Counted from the first letter of the stretch, positions 1-11,469 are shown. The stretch: 64,000 nucleotides of DNA from Methanothermococcus sp. Ax23 (GCF_049075655.1 NZ_CP157522.1:256001-320000); one strand, 5' to 3'. The notes: generated by a model from the sequence alone, not told the origin. Translations and numbers: made by a program.

Positions 1-406
1 ATTTGTCGAGTTTTTCCCCTGCAACAGTCCTATTGCAGTCGTATTCTCTATTTATATGATTATATGCATGGTATTCAATGTGATAACCTTCATTTTCTAA
101 ATGGTGTAGGTATTTTACAAACTCAGGATAATCTTTTAAGTTGTATTCATTTGCATGATTTACTATAACGAACAAGTAGGTTCTGTTTTGATAGTGGTGT
201 TTGTTTATTATTTTTTCAATATCCTTTAACTCATTGAAGTATTTTGGACTAACATCATGGACAAGAATAATCGGTTTTTGAGTGGTATTATCCGATATAT
301 CGCTTAACGGGTCAAATTCATAATTGTTATTTATCTCAAAAGTGGATATTAGCAATGGTATTATAATTATTAAAAAAATAAATGAATATGATATTTTTTT
401 ATTCAT
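1..406 (-). CDS. DUF2334/polysaccharide-deacetylase-like membrane-anchored protein (3' end outside the window)
   Basis: Hand translation from ATG at 406 (RBS GGGGGAGG): MNKKISYSFIFLIIIIPLL...IILVHDVSPKYF...GYHIEYHAYNH; N-terminal TM, HDVSP and HAYNH motifs; not in the ORF track. Confidence 0.7.
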   Translation of the reverse strand, partial: MNKKISYSFIFLIIIIPLLISTFEINNNYEFDPLSDISDNTTQKPIILVHDVSPKYFNELKDIEKIINKHHYQNRTYLFVIVNHANEYNLKDYPEFVKYLHHLENEGYHIEYHAYNHINREYDCNRTVAGEKLDK

Positions 407-530
407 TGCCTCCCCCTTTATATTTTGTGTATATTTTTAAAAAGTTAAGGTATATATGAATTATTATAATTTTACTTATATAATAAGTTATATATTTAAA
501 TTTATAAATACATTTGCCTAAAATAAAAAA

Positions 531-603
531 TGCGCCAGTCGGGATTTGAACCCGAGTTACTGGCTTGGAAGGCCAGAGTGATACCAGGCTACACCACTGG
601 CGC
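531..603 (-). tRNA. tRNA-Gly(TCC)
   Basis: Reverse complement folds as a cloverleaf, GCGCCAG...CTGGCGCA, anticodon loop CTTCCAA, T-loop GTTCAAATC. Confidence 0.97.
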
Positions 604-614
604 ACATATAGTAT

Positions 615-707
615 TTGTAAAGATGCGGCCTCCGGGATTCAAACGCAACCTTTAAAAAAGGTTGCTATCCAAAGTCCAAAACTCGCTTCGCTCGTTTTGG
701 AGCCTAA
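615..707 (-). repeat. 72-bp double-hairpin element (636-707) followed by a duplicate of the tRNA-Gly(GCC) 3' end (615-639)
   Basis: 66/72 identity to 47527-47598; 615-639 matches 717-741 at 24/25 positions. Confidence 0.9.
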
Positions 708-725
708 GACCATAAGTTGTAAGGA

Positions 726-798
726 TGCGGCCTCCGGGATTTGAACCCGGGTATCGGCCGTGGCAGGGCCGTATGATACCAGGCTACATCAAGGCCGC
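726..798 (-). tRNA. tRNA-Gly(GCC)
   Basis: GCGGCCT...AGGCCGCA acceptor stem, anticodon loop CTGCCAC. Confidence 0.97.
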
Positions 799-840
799 TT
801 TTTCGTATTACACGAGCAAACTATACAAAGGGGCTCATCA

Positions 841-857
841 TATATAAACATTTCGGT
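841..857 (-). promoter_or_regulatory. BRE/TATA promoter of the tRNA-Gly pair
   Basis: ACCGAAATGTTTATATA on the minus strand ~45 nt upstream of tRNA-Gly(GCC); matches the methanogen stable-RNA promoter consensus. Confidence 0.7.
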
Positions 858-905
858 AATGTGTTATTTTACTGCACATCCATATGTGGCGTATAACTCA
901 CAATT

Positions 906-1709
906 TTAACCATCATTCGGCTGAACATTGTTGAGCTCATATATCCAATCGATGTTTCCCTTTAAAACACACCTTGCCACAGAAACAAAATCGGCATATT
1001 TTAACATTTCTTCCGCATCTTCAATTGAATTTATGGAGTTATTCCCGATGATAAGTTTATCTTTAAAATTATATTTTATTTCTTTTAAATAATCTAAATC
1101 AGGATAATTTTTGCCAGGATTGAAGCAATCAACATGTAATCCATTAAAATAATGCCTTACATTATTTAAATTACCAATTAATTCCTCAGCAGGTATAAAA
1201 TTTGCCCTTATTTTTAAAAAAACAGGAATATTTAAGTTTAAATCGCTTATTTTCTCTAAAAAGTTTTTTAGAATAATATTATTTTCTTTTTTTAGGAGCT
1301 CCTGCCCAAGACCTAATTCCGTAATTTCCGGCTGTCGGCAATGGCAGTTTAATTCGATTATATCGGCGTATTTTCCAATAGTTTTTATATTATTCATGGA
1401 TTTTTCAATGTCTTTAAACCTAACATTGACAGAAACCAATGCGTTGCTTTTTTTTGCCTCATTTATTTCCTTTTTTATCAAATCATCGAATTTATCTAAA
1501 TTGTATATAAATTCTTTTCTTCCCCTTTTTACAATTTTTTCACTGGCAATTTGAGTGGCATCATCTAGGTCATAAGCACCAATGGTGACGATGCCAAATA
1601 AATCCTTATATTTTTTGCAGAAGCTCCCATCTGTAATACCAGCCATTGGAGCAAGGACTACTTTTTTACTTCCACATAATTTTAATATGTCGTGGTTATT
1701 AATTGACAT
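906..1709 (-). CDS. MJ0144-family TIM-barrel, dihydrouridine-synthase-like flavoprotein
   Basis: LAPMAGITD, ELNCHCRQ and IIGNNSI motifs; adjacent to gch3. Confidence 0.85.
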   Translation of the reverse strand: MSINNHDILKLCGSKKVVLAPMAGITDGSFCKKYKDLFGIVTIGAYDLDDATQIASEKIVKRGRKEFIYNLDKFDDLIKKEINEAKKSNALVSVNVRFKDIEKSMNNIKTIGKYADIIELNCHCRQPEITELGLGQELLKKENNIILKNFLEKISDLNLNIPVFLKIRANFIPAEELIGNLNNVRHYFNGLHVDCFNPGKNYPDLDYLKEIKYNFKDKLIIGNNSINSIEDAEEMLKYADFVSVARCVLKGNIDWIYELNNVQPNDG

Positions 1710-1745
1710 GTTATCAATGTTTTTTGTTATTCCTATTATTTTTCA

Positions 1746-2552
1746 TTAAATTGGACATAAAAAATTTCTGGCAGATTTTTTCTTTATATTGTGGTTTTCA
1801 TAGTTCAATGTGCATACCTGACATTCTGTTTTTCCATCCCTTATAAGTTCTAATCCGATATCTGCCATGTTTGAAGCATCTTCCGCTGTTTTCCCAATTC
1901 CAATACCTGCTTTTAATTCAACACCGGTGGATTCTTTTATGTCATTAAACATGCTTATAAAATCACTTTCAGTCATTCCATTGCATGGGCACATAAAGTT
2001 ATCCCCGCCAATGAAGAATCCCATGGCACCATATTTTTTAAGTTCTTTTATAAGTTTTAATTGAACTTCATTGACATTTATATATGTGTCATAGGCATTT
2101 TCCAAATCTGTTAATGTTCCAGTGATATTATTTATATCAACATGTGCCAACTGAACATATCCACTATCAAAGACAAAATCATTTGCAACATCTAATATTT
2201 CCTTTCTATATTCATCCTGGGCACTGCCATGCTCTTGAATCTTTTTCGTTGCAAGTTTTTGAGCTTCATAAGGAGTTTCAGCTGATGCCACAGCCATACT
2301 TATTGTGAAAGGATATCTGTTTTTAATGCTATCTTGAATCCTTTCATGAGTGGTTAAATCTATACCATTTGTAATGGCAATCAGGTTATCAAATCTAGTA
2401 TAGAATACAAGCCCCTTGTGAGCTCCGAATTGTAGGTTCAAATCGCAGTAGAGTCTTGACTGCAAAGCTTGTAAATCACTTTCTCTCCGTGGATTTGGAG
2501 TAACTGTCCATGGTCCGTAATTATCAATCTGTATAACTGTAATTTGAATCAT
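1746..2552 (-). CDS. gch3: GTP cyclohydrolase III
   Basis: [21 protein letters not shown] and GGDNF motifs; start moved to MIQITVIQ (268 aa). Confidence 0.95.
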   Translation of the reverse strand: MIQITVIQIDNYGPWTVTPNPRRESDLQALQSRLYCDLNLQFGAHKGLVFYTRFDNLIAITNGIDLTTHERIQDSIKNRYPFTISMAVASAETPYEAQKLATKKIQEHGSAQDEYRKEILDVANDFVFDSGYVQLAHVDINNITGTLTDLENAYDTYINVNEVQLKLIKELKKYGAMGFFIGGDNFMCPCNGMTESDFISMFNDIKESTGVELKAGIGIGKTAEDASNMADIGLELIRDGKTECQVCTLNYENHNIKKKSARNFLCPI

Positions 2553-2756
2553 AGCTATCATCTTATTAATTATGTGCATTATTCTTTTTTTATCTTTTAA
2601 ATACATTTAGTTAAACATTTCACATTAATAAATTTATTTTTTAATAGTTTTTTTAATGATAGGTTTTAGAGATTATAATATATATTTAGTATTTATTATA
2701 AAATATATTTTATGATTTTGATTAAATAAATTATATCTATAAATTATTTTTGGGAA

Positions 2757-3719
2757 TTATTTCTCATTCAACGACTTATAACCTACAATTATATCTTTTG
2801 CCAATTTTATTTTGTCGGTTAAACTATTCATTATGGTATTTGTAGCCACAACATCACACTTTATATTATCTATTTTATCTTTATCTGCATTGTCTATTAC
2901 AAGGGTGTTGATTATGTCCTTATAGAATTCACAAATTCCTATGACATCCACAGAATACCCTTTTGCCTTCATCAATACTCCCGCTGGACCGCTTACCGCA
3001 CTATCTCCAACTATTGGAGATACTGCAAAGACTACCTTATCCTTAACTGCCTTTTTAATGTCTTTAATGCTTAATATTGGAGCTATTGAAGTTATGGGAT
3101 TTGAAGGACCTATTATAACAAAATCACAATTTTCAATAGCATTCAATGCACCATCCACTGCACTTGCGTAGTTGGAATTTTCATAAAATACATCCAAAAC
3201 ATCAGCTTTTCCTTTTCTATTAATCCAAAAGTCGTGGAATTTTAAAAGAACTTTATTTTCATTTCCTTCTTCATCTTTTTCTTTTATCAATATTTTTGTT
3301 TCAACATTGTCATCGGTCATGGGGTATATATTTGCCTTTATATTGAGCATTTCTCTTTCCATATCTACAATTTTTGACAGCGGATAACCTTTGTTAATAT
3401 AATGAGTTTTGTGCATTTTCAGAGCTCTGTCTTTATCACCTATTCGTAGGAGCTCCTTGAAATCATTAGATTCAAATTTTTTCAATGTTTCATGAGTTGT
3501 AAATGTGTCTCCTTTTACACCATACCATGTTTCTTCATTTATAAGGTCTGAAAAGGTATAAAGAACGGTATCTATATCCGGAGAAAGATATAAACCCCCT
3601 ACCCATGTATCTTCCGCAGTATTAACAATTACAGAAATGTCGTTTTCTGGTATGACTCTTTTTAGTCCTTGCATAAGTTTTGGAGTGCCGGTCCCTCCTG
3701 ATAAAACACATACTTTCAT
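2757..3719 (-). CDS. cofD: 2-phospho-L-lactate transferase (F420 biosynthesis)
   Basis: LSGGTGTPK, SPDIDTVLY, GPSNPITSI and VSGPA motifs; start moved to MKVCVL. Confidence 0.95.
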   Translation of the reverse strand: MKVCVLSGGTGTPKLMQGLKRVIPENDISVIVNTAEDTWVGGLYLSPDIDTVLYTFSDLINEETWYGVKGDTFTTHETLKKFESNDFKELLRIGDKDRALKMHKTHYINKGYPLSKIVDMEREMLNIKANIYPMTDDNVETKILIKEKDEEGNENKVLLKFHDFWINRKGKADVLDVFYENSNYASAVDGALNAIENCDFVIIGPSNPITSIAPILSIKDIKKAVKDKVVFAVSPIVGDSAVSGPAGVLMKAKGYSVDVIGICEFYKDIINTLVIDNADKDKIDNIKCDVVATNTIMNSLTDKIKLAKDIIVGYKSLNEK

Positions 3720-3925
3720 TATACCACTCCCGTTCATAAATTTTTTGAAATTGGTGAGGATTGCATGATGCAATATATAGTACATGATACATACTTGGGA
3801 TTAATATTTAGTTATACAATACAATACTGTGATTATATGTTTCACATCTTATATTTATATTTATTTTATTTATTTTTATTTTTTATATGGAGTATAGGGT
3901 AGTTATATAAAAATGTTAATTTTGA

Positions 3926-5065
3926 TTAAACTTTAAAAACTTTAAAATTAGAGGTAGGTTTATTAAATACACTCCTAACTGGTTTGTGATTGTCAATTAT
4001 TCTTTTTACATTATCTCTTCCGTTATAATTTTTACACATATTGCTTAATTTTTCAGCATTTTTAAAATAAATATCATTATCATTTATCTCGTCAATGGCA
4101 TTACTTAAATCATACTCCAATGTTTTATGAGATAATGCTATTCCACATTTTAGGTCATTTATTTTTCTTGAATTATTTTCCTGCTCTGGATGGTCTAAGT
4201 CAGGAATTGTAATCACTGGCTTTCCAAAGCTCATAGCTTCCATAAGTGTAGAATGCCCTCCATGACAAACCATAAATGAACAATTTTTTATCAGATTTTC
4301 CATGTTGGTAGTTAATGGTATAACCTCAACATTTGATGATTTTATTTTGTTAAGTTTTTTTGCAACCTCATAACTGCCACAAACCATTTTCACTTTTATA
4401 TTTTTTTCTTCTGCCACATCATTTAATAATTTTAAAATCCTAAATCTATATTCAAATCCCCCAATTACACTTAATATATAATCTCCCCTCTTATTTTCAT
4501 AATCGTCCAATTTGTATCTAATTGTTGGTCCAACAAATGACAAATTGTCCAATTTTGTTAAGTTATATTCGCATATGGTATAAGGCATAGGCAAATCTGG
4601 AATAATAACTTTTTCAGCAGATTTATTTATTACATTCAACAGTTTCATAACAGGATAAACAATGAATTTCTCCTTATTATGTGTTCTTGTATAATTTTGA
4701 TTTGTAATAATATAGTAAGGTTTTCTTAGAAATCTTGACGCCACTACTGTGCTGTATTTGCAATCTGATATAATTAAATCAGGGTCATATTTTCTTATTA
4801 TTTCCATCTCTCTTTTTATGGCCTTTGCGGGATTGTATTTATTATTAAATATGCTTTTTTTAATGTCAAATTTACCATCATTTCCAGATAGTTTTATTTC
4901 AGGGTATGTTTCAAAAACATCGTAATTGTATCTTTTTATAAAATCCATACTTTTACCGTATGCTATAAACTTTACATCATGCTCTTTTGAGAGCTCCTCC
5001 CCAATCGCCACGCATCTTGTAGTATGTCCAAATCCTTCACCACATACGGAAATCAATATCTTCAT
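3926..5065 (-). CDS. MJ1255-family GT-B glycosyltransferase
   Basis: [20 protein letters not shown] and HPEQENN motifs. Confidence 0.9.
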   Translation of the reverse strand: MKILISVCGEGFGHTTRCVAIGEELSKEHDVKFIAYGKSMDFIKRYNYDVFETYPEIKLSGNDGKFDIKKSIFNNKYNPAKAIKREMEIIRKYDPDLIISDCKYSTVVASRFLRKPYYIITNQNYTRTHNKEKFIVYPVMKLLNVINKSAEKVIIPDLPMPYTICEYNLTKLDNLSFVGPTIRYKLDDYENKRGDYILSVIGGFEYRFRILKLLNDVAEEKNIKVKMVCGSYEVAKKLNKIKSSNVEVIPLTTNMENLIKNCSFMVCHGGHSTLMEAMSFGKPVITIPDLDHPEQENNSRKINDLKCGIALSHKTLEYDLSNAIDEINDNDIYFKNAEKLSNMCKNYNGRDNVKRIIDNHKPVRSVFNKPTSNFKVFKV

Positions 5066-5106
5066 AATATCATCTCCCCCAAGATTTATGCATTTTTACT
5101 ACTTGA

Positions 5107-6156
5107 TTAATTATGGTTTTTAATATAATTTTTTAAGTAATTATATGGCATATTGTATTTTTCCACGGGGATATTTTTAGACCAGAGTTGTGTTTTTGCC
5201 TCATTTAATGATTGTTCAAGGTCTCCATTTTGTTTATAACTGTCCATGGTTTTTTTGAGCACCAATATATTCACTGCAACAGTAATACTGTTATTTACTG
5301 CATCCTCATTAAACTGCAATACATGGTTTCCATCAGATTGGGTAGTAATGGGGACATTTAGATATTTTGACAATAATAAGGCAGAAACGCTATTTTTATC
5401 CAATAATATCGGGTAATTGTTGGAATAGTATTTATAATAATCATGACTAATATTTATTATAGGATATCCAAAGGCATGTATATCTTCATTATAACAATAT
5501 TCTACATTAATATTTGGCTTATTTAAAACTATTACTTTATTTGGGATTTCTAAAACTTTATTCCTCTCATACTCTCCAATAAATCTCTTGTTGTGTGCAT
5601 CATAGATTTTTACAGTATTGTTTTTATAAACTCTAATAACACTATTTGGATTATAAACATCTATGGAGCAATAAACAGGAATATATTCATTGGAAACCAT
5701 AATTACTTCACTGAAATTATAGCCATTAACAAGAACTTTTGTATTGTTGCTATTCAATAGTTTTAATATATTTTCATCGGTTTCTACCCTTGTGGGTCCC
5801 CAAATTCTAATTACATTGCCATATTTTTTTAGTTTATTTTCAACATCCTTGGAAACTGCCAATGGACCTCCAACAATCACTATTTTTTTTGGATTTATGG
5901 ATTTTACCATATTTTCCACATGTGGATTTAGATTATCTCCTTCGGTTTGAAGTATAACTCCATTCAATTCATAGGCATATTCCGCAGCAACAATACAATC
6001 TGCCCAGTTATCGTTTGTAATAATCACAGTATCAACAAGAGAAGGTTTTTCTCCACCTATTTTTACCGCATTAACACATCCAAAAGAAATAAACAAAATT
6101 AAAAAAGAAATAAAAAATAATATATTATGATATTTTTTCATCATCATTTTAACCAC
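5107..6156 (-). CDS. Secreted protein with cell-wall-binding repeat-2-like domain
   Basis: Signal peptide; IVIVGGPLAVS..VE..L and RIWGPTRVET motifs. Confidence 0.75.
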   Translation of the reverse strand: MVKMMMKKYHNILFFISFLILFISFGCVNAVKIGGEKPSLVDTVIITNDNWADCIVAAEYAYELNGVILQTEGDNLNPHVENMVKSINPKKIVIVGGPLAVSKDVENKLKKYGNVIRIWGPTRVETDENILKLLNSNNTKVLVNGYNFSEVIMVSNEYIPVYCSIDVYNPNSVIRVYKNNTVKIYDAHNKRFIGEYERNKVLEIPNKVIVLNKPNINVEYCYNEDIHAFGYPIINISHDYYKYYSNNYPILLDKNSVSALLLSKYLNVPITTQSDGNHVLQFNEDAVNNSITVAVNILVLKKTMDSYKQNGDLEQSLNEAKTQLWSKNIPVEKYNMPYNYLKNYIKNHN

Positions 6157-7595
6157 CCATTTAGTTCATCTGACAGGGTTAGTTTATTTATCCTGCCAAG
6201 TTTAATCTTTTTAATTATACCTCGTCCCTCTAAATCAGACACTATTCTTGAAACCTTAGGTTTTGTTAATCCAGTGAGCTCTACAATTTCCTTTTGAGTA
6301 ATCTCTTTATATTCCTTTATTAGTTTTATTATCATTTTTTCTTCTTCTGTTAATATATTCATTAACATTTCGCCTTTGGTTTTTTCATATTCATTTATAG
6401 TGTTTCTTAAATTAGATATGATTTGTTCATATTCATTTATCATACTTTTTAGTTTAGCTATGGTTTCTTCTTTTTCAGTTATTATATTTTTTGTGTATTT
6501 ATTTAGTTCGTCGATTTTTTCCATTTCTTTATTGTATAATTCATTTAATTCATTTATTTTTGAATTTAGGGAAGTTATTTCACTTTCATAATATTTTATC
6601 TTATTCAATAATTCGTCATTCATACTTTTGAGTTTTTTGATGGTGTCATTTTTATCGTTTATTTCTATTTCCAATTTATTTATTTTAGATATTAATTCAT
6701 TTATTTCCTCATTTAATTCTTTATTTTTTTCTCTTAGTTTTTGAATATTTTCATCTTTAATATTTATTTTAGATTCTAAGATGCTAACTTTGCTTATTAA
6801 ATCATTTAATTTATCATTTAATTCTTCTTTTTTAAGGCTTAATTCTTTAATGTATTTAGTTTTTGATATATTTTTTTTCTTTTCATATATAATTCCATAC
6901 ATGGAACCTATTGCAAATAATATAAGAATTACAATCAATATGTTGTAATAAATATTTTTGGATATGGCGGGTGTTTGATTTTGAGGTGAGCTCATCAATA
7001 TGGTGTATGATACAGTTGCTGTAAAGTATCTTTCATTTTCACTTAATTTTCTTTTCCATTTTATAAATATCCGTTTTCCATCGGTATCGATAATATAATC
7101 CTGTGGGGTAATACTCAAAAGCCCCTCCGCAGGAGACACCACAGCAGCCCCCGTTGGTAAAATTACAGTCATGCTAAAATTTGAATCTACTGCTGGAACG
7201 CTTACTGAGAGTAATTTTTTATCTCCCTTATCCCAAACTATGTCGCTATCAAATGTTGTTTTTAAATAACCTTTTTCCCCTTTTTTTATCGGATTTTTTA
7301 ACTTAATGACAATTTCCGTAGAACCCTCTTTTGGATTTTTTGAGAATGATTCTATGCCCCTATCAGAATCTACTTTTAAATTGTAGGCATTTTGTGGAAT
7401 TATGTATGTGATGTCCTTAATATCTTCGGAGTTATCGTTATAAATATTCAAAAATATAGTTTCATGAACTTTATTATTTTGGTCAATATCGCAAGTAACA
7501 TTGTAGCTTTCAAATTTGATGGCGTTAGCTGTGTTAAAAACCCCAAATAAAAGTAAAAATAATATTACGACCCTTTTAAGTCTATTATGAATCAT
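6144..7595 (-). CDS. Membrane-anchored protein: extracellular domain, TM, long coiled coil, C-terminal winged HTH
   Basis: Signal peptide, central hydrophobic helix, heptad-rich region, ITQKEIVELTGLTKPKVSRIVSDLEGRG wHTH. Confidence 0.8.
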   Translation of the reverse strand: MIHNRLKRVVILFLLLFGVFNTANAIKFESYNVTCDIDQNNKVHETIFLNIYNDNSEDIKDITYIIPQNAYNLKVDSDRGIESFSKNPKEGSTEIVIKLKNPIKKGEKGYLKTTFDSDIVWDKGDKKLLSVSVPAVDSNFSMTVILPTGAAVVSPAEGLLSITPQDYIIDTDGKRIFIKWKRKLSENERYFTATVSYTILMSSPQNQTPAISKNIYYNILIVILILFAIGSMYGIIYEKKKNISKTKYIKELSLKKEELNDKLNDLISKVSILESKINIKDENIQKLREKNKELNEEINELISKINKLEIEINDKNDTIKKLKSMNDELLNKIKYYESEITSLNSKINELNELYNKEMEKIDELNKYTKNIITEKEETIAKLKSMINEYEQIISNLRNTINEYEKTKGEMLMNILTEEEKMIIKLIKEYKEITQKEIVELTGLTKPKVSRIVSDLEGRGIIKKIKLGRINKLTLSDELNGWLK

Positions 7596-7696
7596 TTTTT
7601 CACATTTCCAACATAATAATAAACATATTAAATAATATTTTCTTTATTTATATGATATATATTATATGTATTTTATAATATATTCTTTCTTTATTT

Positions 7697-8701
7697 TTAC
7701 TTTATTTTTACTTCATTTTCAAACTCCTCGGATGCAATTACCATATTTTTTAATTTATTGTATGCAATATCCAGTGGAAGCAACCTCATACCGCAGTCAG
7801 GATCTATTATCACATGACTATTTAATTTGTTTATTATGTCTCCATTTAGCCCCATAAATGAATTATTATTTTTCAATATTTCCAAACCCTCACTAAGCAA
7901 ATCCTTTATCTCATCAACTGATTCAACAGATTTTAATTTTGTATTTATACATCCAAAACCAACCTTTTTATCAATGGATTCAAGAATATCTAAATTCTTT
8001 CTATTTGAAGCGAATTCATGGTCTAAAATATCTACATTAAAGGTATTCAACTCCTCAAATATATTCACTATATTTCCACATACGTGCATGGAAACAGGAA
8101 CCTTTAAATTTTCTGTGATTCTTTTAATTGCCCTTCTTGCAGTATCCAATTCATACATTCCCGTGGATAATATTGGTTCATCTATTTGTATTATAGATAC
8201 ATAGTCTTGAATTGCTTCTGCCTCCTTTTTTAGGGCATTTGCCAAATCATATATTAATGATTCATCTTTATTGTCTGAATAATAGCTTTCCACTCTTATG
8301 GATGATGCAATTGTGCATGGTCCTGTCAATATTCCTTTAATACTCTTATTAGAATTGTTTTTATTTTTACCATTATTTTTACTGTTATTATTCTTATTTT
8401 TATTTAAAATGGCATTTGCAAATTTTATGTCCTTTAATGTAATTGGTTTGGTGTGTTCGATTCTATTCACCACTCTTTTTCCCTCAAATCCATATAGGTT
8501 GCTCACAAATATCTCAACCATGTCTCCTCGCACCTGTCCATCACTTAATACATCTATTCCAGCATTTAATTGGTCTATCACTGCCTTTTCTATGGCATAT
8601 TTGTATCTATCAAACATTCCAAGTTTGTCTTTAATTTTTTCTAAAAAGTTTTCTGGCTCTTTAATTACCACAGGGTAGCTCCCAACAACTGTTTTTATCA
8701 T
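7697..8701 (-). CDS. metE: Archaeal core methionine synthase (MetE C-terminal type)
   Basis: TVVGSYP, SDGQVR, IQIDEP, HVCG and DPDCG motifs. Confidence 0.9.
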   Translation of the reverse strand: MIKTVVGSYPVVIKEPENFLEKIKDKLGMFDRYKYAIEKAVIDQLNAGIDVLSDGQVRGDMVEIFVSNLYGFEGKRVVNRIEHTKPITLKDIKFANAILNKNKNNNSKNNGKNKNNSNKSIKGILTGPCTIASSIRVESYYSDNKDESLIYDLANALKKEAEAIQDYVSIIQIDEPILSTGMYELDTARRAIKRITENLKVPVSMHVCGNIVNIFEELNTFNVDILDHEFASNRKNLDILESIDKKVGFGCINTKLKSVESVDEIKDLLSEGLEILKNNNSFMGLNGDIINKLNSHVIIDPDCGMRLLPLDIAYNKLKNMVIASEEFENEVKIK

Positions 8702-8716
8702 ATTATCACCAAAATA

Positions 8717-10426
8717 TTAAAACACTAAATCAACAACCTTGTTGTTTTTTACAAGTCCAAAATCTGTTATTTTTAATTCTGGAATTACAGAAAGGGTTAA
8801 AAATGACAGGGTTAAAAATAAATTGGTATCATACAGCACATGATTTTCTGTTTTTCTCTCAATAGATTCAATTTTTTTATAAATATGTTCTCCATCACAC
8901 CCCATAAGTCCAGCAATATTTAATTGAACAGATTCTAAGATTTTTCCATTTTCAACAACAACAAACCCTCCATTAATATCCTTTAAATGATTGACTGCAA
9001 TGGCAATATCCTTTAAGTTATTTCCAACAACCACCACATTATGGCTGTCATGGGCATAAGATGATGCAATTACTCCCTTTTTTAAGAAATGGATTAATCC
9101 TTTTCCTATTCTATTGGTTCCTTTATGTCTTTCTATAACATATATCCTATTTAATTCATTTTTATTTAACTTATCTATTGTTTCGGAAACATTTAATATG
9201 ATTTCTTTGGTAATAAGAGAGTCCTTTATTGGTTCTATTATCCTTGCCGATTTTTTTGGTTCTATATTTATATCAATCCCTTCAATTAAAAAATCCTCTT
9301 CTGATTTGTATGAGTAATTCATTGAATTATATTTAATATAATTATTATATTTATTATGATTGGTATGATGGGTATGTTGTAGAGCTCCTACAAATAAACC
9401 ATATTCCTCTAAAAATTTCCCTTTTATCATTACCTTATTTATTTTAAAATCGGTTAAATCTTCAAAAATAATCAAATCTGCGTTATTTGATGGTTTTATC
9501 CCAATATCGAATCCAAAATAATTTGCCGGGTTAATGGTTATCATCTGAATTGCTTCAACCGGTGAAACATATTTTGTGGCTTTTTTTAAGGTATTTATTA
9601 AATAACCATTTTTTAAATCCTTAATTGATATGTCATCACTTACAAGCATTATGTTTCTAATATCGTTTATTTTGTCCCGTATTTTTAGTATATTTATATT
9701 TTTTGATGCAGTTCCTTCCCTTATCATTAATTTAAGTCCCAATCGTATTTTTTCAAGGGCTTCCTCTTCGGTGGTGCATTCGTGGTCTGACATTATGCCT
9801 GTTCCAATATATTTATTTAAGTTCAATCCGGTTAGCTGTGGGGCATGTCCATCTATTAATTTTCCATATTTTTTGGCAATGTTTATTTTTTCCAATATCT
9901 CTTCATCCCCGTTTATGACTCCAATATAATTCATTACCTCCCCAAGTCCAAGAATCTTATTTTTATATTTTTCATTTTTAAATAAATTTTCAATATCTTT
10001 TGATGTAATTTTTGCTCCGCTGGTTTCGAGCTCCGTTGCAGGAACACAAGAAGGTATCATGCAATAAACATCAAGAATATGGGCATCATTTAACATGAAT
10101 TCAATGCCTTTAATACCAAGAACATTGACTATTTCGTGGGGGTCAATGACTACCTTTGACACACCGTTTAAAAGGGCATATTTCTCAAATTCCGAAGGAA
10201 TTACATGGGATGATTCTATGTGAATATGGGCATCAATAAATGTTGGAGATACAAATTTTCCATTTAAATCTAATGTTTTAGCATTTTTAAATTCATTTAA
10301 ATCAATAGTATCGTAATAATCGACAAAAACTATTTTATCATCCTTTATGCCGATATTTCCCTCTAAAATTTCCCCAGTATATACATTTATTATATTGGCG
10401 TTCTTTAATATTAAAAACATAACCAC
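8717..10426 (-). CDS. ade: Adenine deaminase
   Basis: [24 protein letters not shown] and AHDSHN motifs. Confidence 0.95.
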   Translation of the reverse strand: MVMFLILKNANIINVYTGEILEGNIGIKDDKIVFVDYYDTIDLNEFKNAKTLDLNGKFVSPTFIDAHIHIESSHVIPSEFEKYALLNGVSKVVIDPHEIVNVLGIKGIEFMLNDAHILDVYCMIPSCVPATELETSGAKITSKDIENLFKNEKYKNKILGLGEVMNYIGVINGDEEILEKINIAKKYGKLIDGHAPQLTGLNLNKYIGTGIMSDHECTTEEEALEKIRLGLKLMIREGTASKNINILKIRDKINDIRNIMLVSDDISIKDLKNGYLINTLKKATKYVSPVEAIQMITINPANYFGFDIGIKPSNNADLIIFEDLTDFKINKVMIKGKFLEEYGLFVGALQHTHHTNHNKYNNYIKYNSMNYSYKSEEDFLIEGIDINIEPKKSARIIEPIKDSLITKEIILNVSETIDKLNKNELNRIYVIERHKGTNRIGKGLIHFLKKGVIASSYAHDSHNVVVVGNNLKDIAIAVNHLKDINGGFVVVENGKILESVQLNIAGLMGCDGEHIYKKIESIERKTENHVLYDTNLFLTLSFLTLSVIPELKITDFGLVKNNKVVDLVF

Positions 10427-10489
10427 ACCTTATGAAATATAATATATAAGTTTTCAACGCAAAATGTTTTTGAAAATATATTCGCTACT

Positions 10490-10545
10490 TACGAAAACCT
10501 TTGGTTTTTGTCGAACTTAAAAAACTCCGAAAGGATTTTGTCAGG
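10490..10545. repeat. Degenerate copy of the hairpin repeat family
   Basis: acgaaaacctttggtttttgt and aaaaaactccgaaaggattttg resemble the hairpins at 57970-58026 and 58727-58780. Confidence 0.5.
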
Positions 10546-10598
10546 TATTAAATAAATATTAATTAGTATTGAATTTATTTAATTATTAATTAATAATT

Positions 10599-11366
10599 TT
10601 AATATCCTTCCTCAGGCTCCTCCCTATTATTTCCAAAAATCTCATTTAAATCATTTTTTAATTTCTCCTTTCCCTCTTTTGTCCTCATTTCATATATCTT
10701 TAAAGGAGTGAATATGGAATATATTTCATTTTCGTCAATACCCATGTCCCTCGCCCTTGCTTGACATATTCTAATAGCAATATCGTTTAAAGAAGCATCT
10801 ATATTATCTGCATAATGCAACAACCATCCTTCTATTGAATCGGGTCTCATTGCCCCATGTTCTCCATGATGAGATGCAACTATTTTGATGAGCTCCATAG
10901 AAAATCCCTGTTTGTATAGCTCCGCAACTGCCAGGGTGAGATGCTCCAAATGGAAGTTTGGTATATGGTCGTATTTTTTTGTTTCCTCATCTTCAATATA
11001 GTTCTGCGGTTTCATAATATCGTGAAGTAATCCACCTGCAATTATTAAATCTTTGTCAATATTCAAATTATAAACCTCTTCAAGTGCCTCAGCCATTTTC
11101 AATGCCATCTTTGTGGTAGCCAATATATGTTCAATCAGCCCCCCTCTGTATTTATGATGCCATTTTATACTTGCTGGTGAATCTTCAAGGTTTATTTTTG
11201 TATCACTAATGTCCTCATGGGTTGGAAGGGGATTATTTATAAAATTAATTACCTTGTCCCTTAAATCTTTATTTTCTATTTTTTCCGCCAAGTTAAATAA
11301 ATCATCGATGGTATATAATTTTCTTTCTTCTATCTTTCTTTCGGTTTTTAGATTATTATTTTCCAT
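10599..11366 (-). CDS. mptB: HD-domain phosphodiesterase, probably dihydroneopterin 2',3'-cyclic phosphate phosphodiesterase
   Basis: PAS..WHH..GGL.EH, LLHD, SHHG and HYAD motifs; recalled synteny with the Cys-rich protein and EppA (MJ0835.1-MJ0837). Confidence 0.7.
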   Translation of the reverse strand: MENNNLKTERKIEERKLYTIDDLFNLAEKIENKDLRDKVINFINNPLPTHEDISDTKINLEDSPASIKWHHKYRGGLIEHILATTKMALKMAEALEEVYNLNIDKDLIIAGGLLHDIMKPQNYIEDEETKKYDHIPNFHLEHLTLAVAELYKQGFSMELIKIVASHHGEHGAMRPDSIEGWLLHYADNIDASLNDIAIRICQARARDMGIDENEIYSIFTPLKIYEMRTKEGKEKLKNDLNEIFGNNREEPEEGY

Positions 11367-11469
11367 TTATTCACCTTTTATTTATTATAAACTTGTAAAA
11401 TAAATTATAAATTATACAATATATTAATATAACTTCTATAAAATATAAAATATATAAATATAAAACGCA

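Noticed and set aside
399-605. 68-aa ORF in the track
   Set aside because: Runs through tRNA-Gly(TCC) and AT-rich spacer; spurious.
8345-8405. Asn/Lys-rich inserts in MetE (similar ones in Ade, MptE and the HyfG-like subunit)
   Set aside because: Simple AAT-type slippage expansions with no hairpin structure; common in AT-rich genomes.
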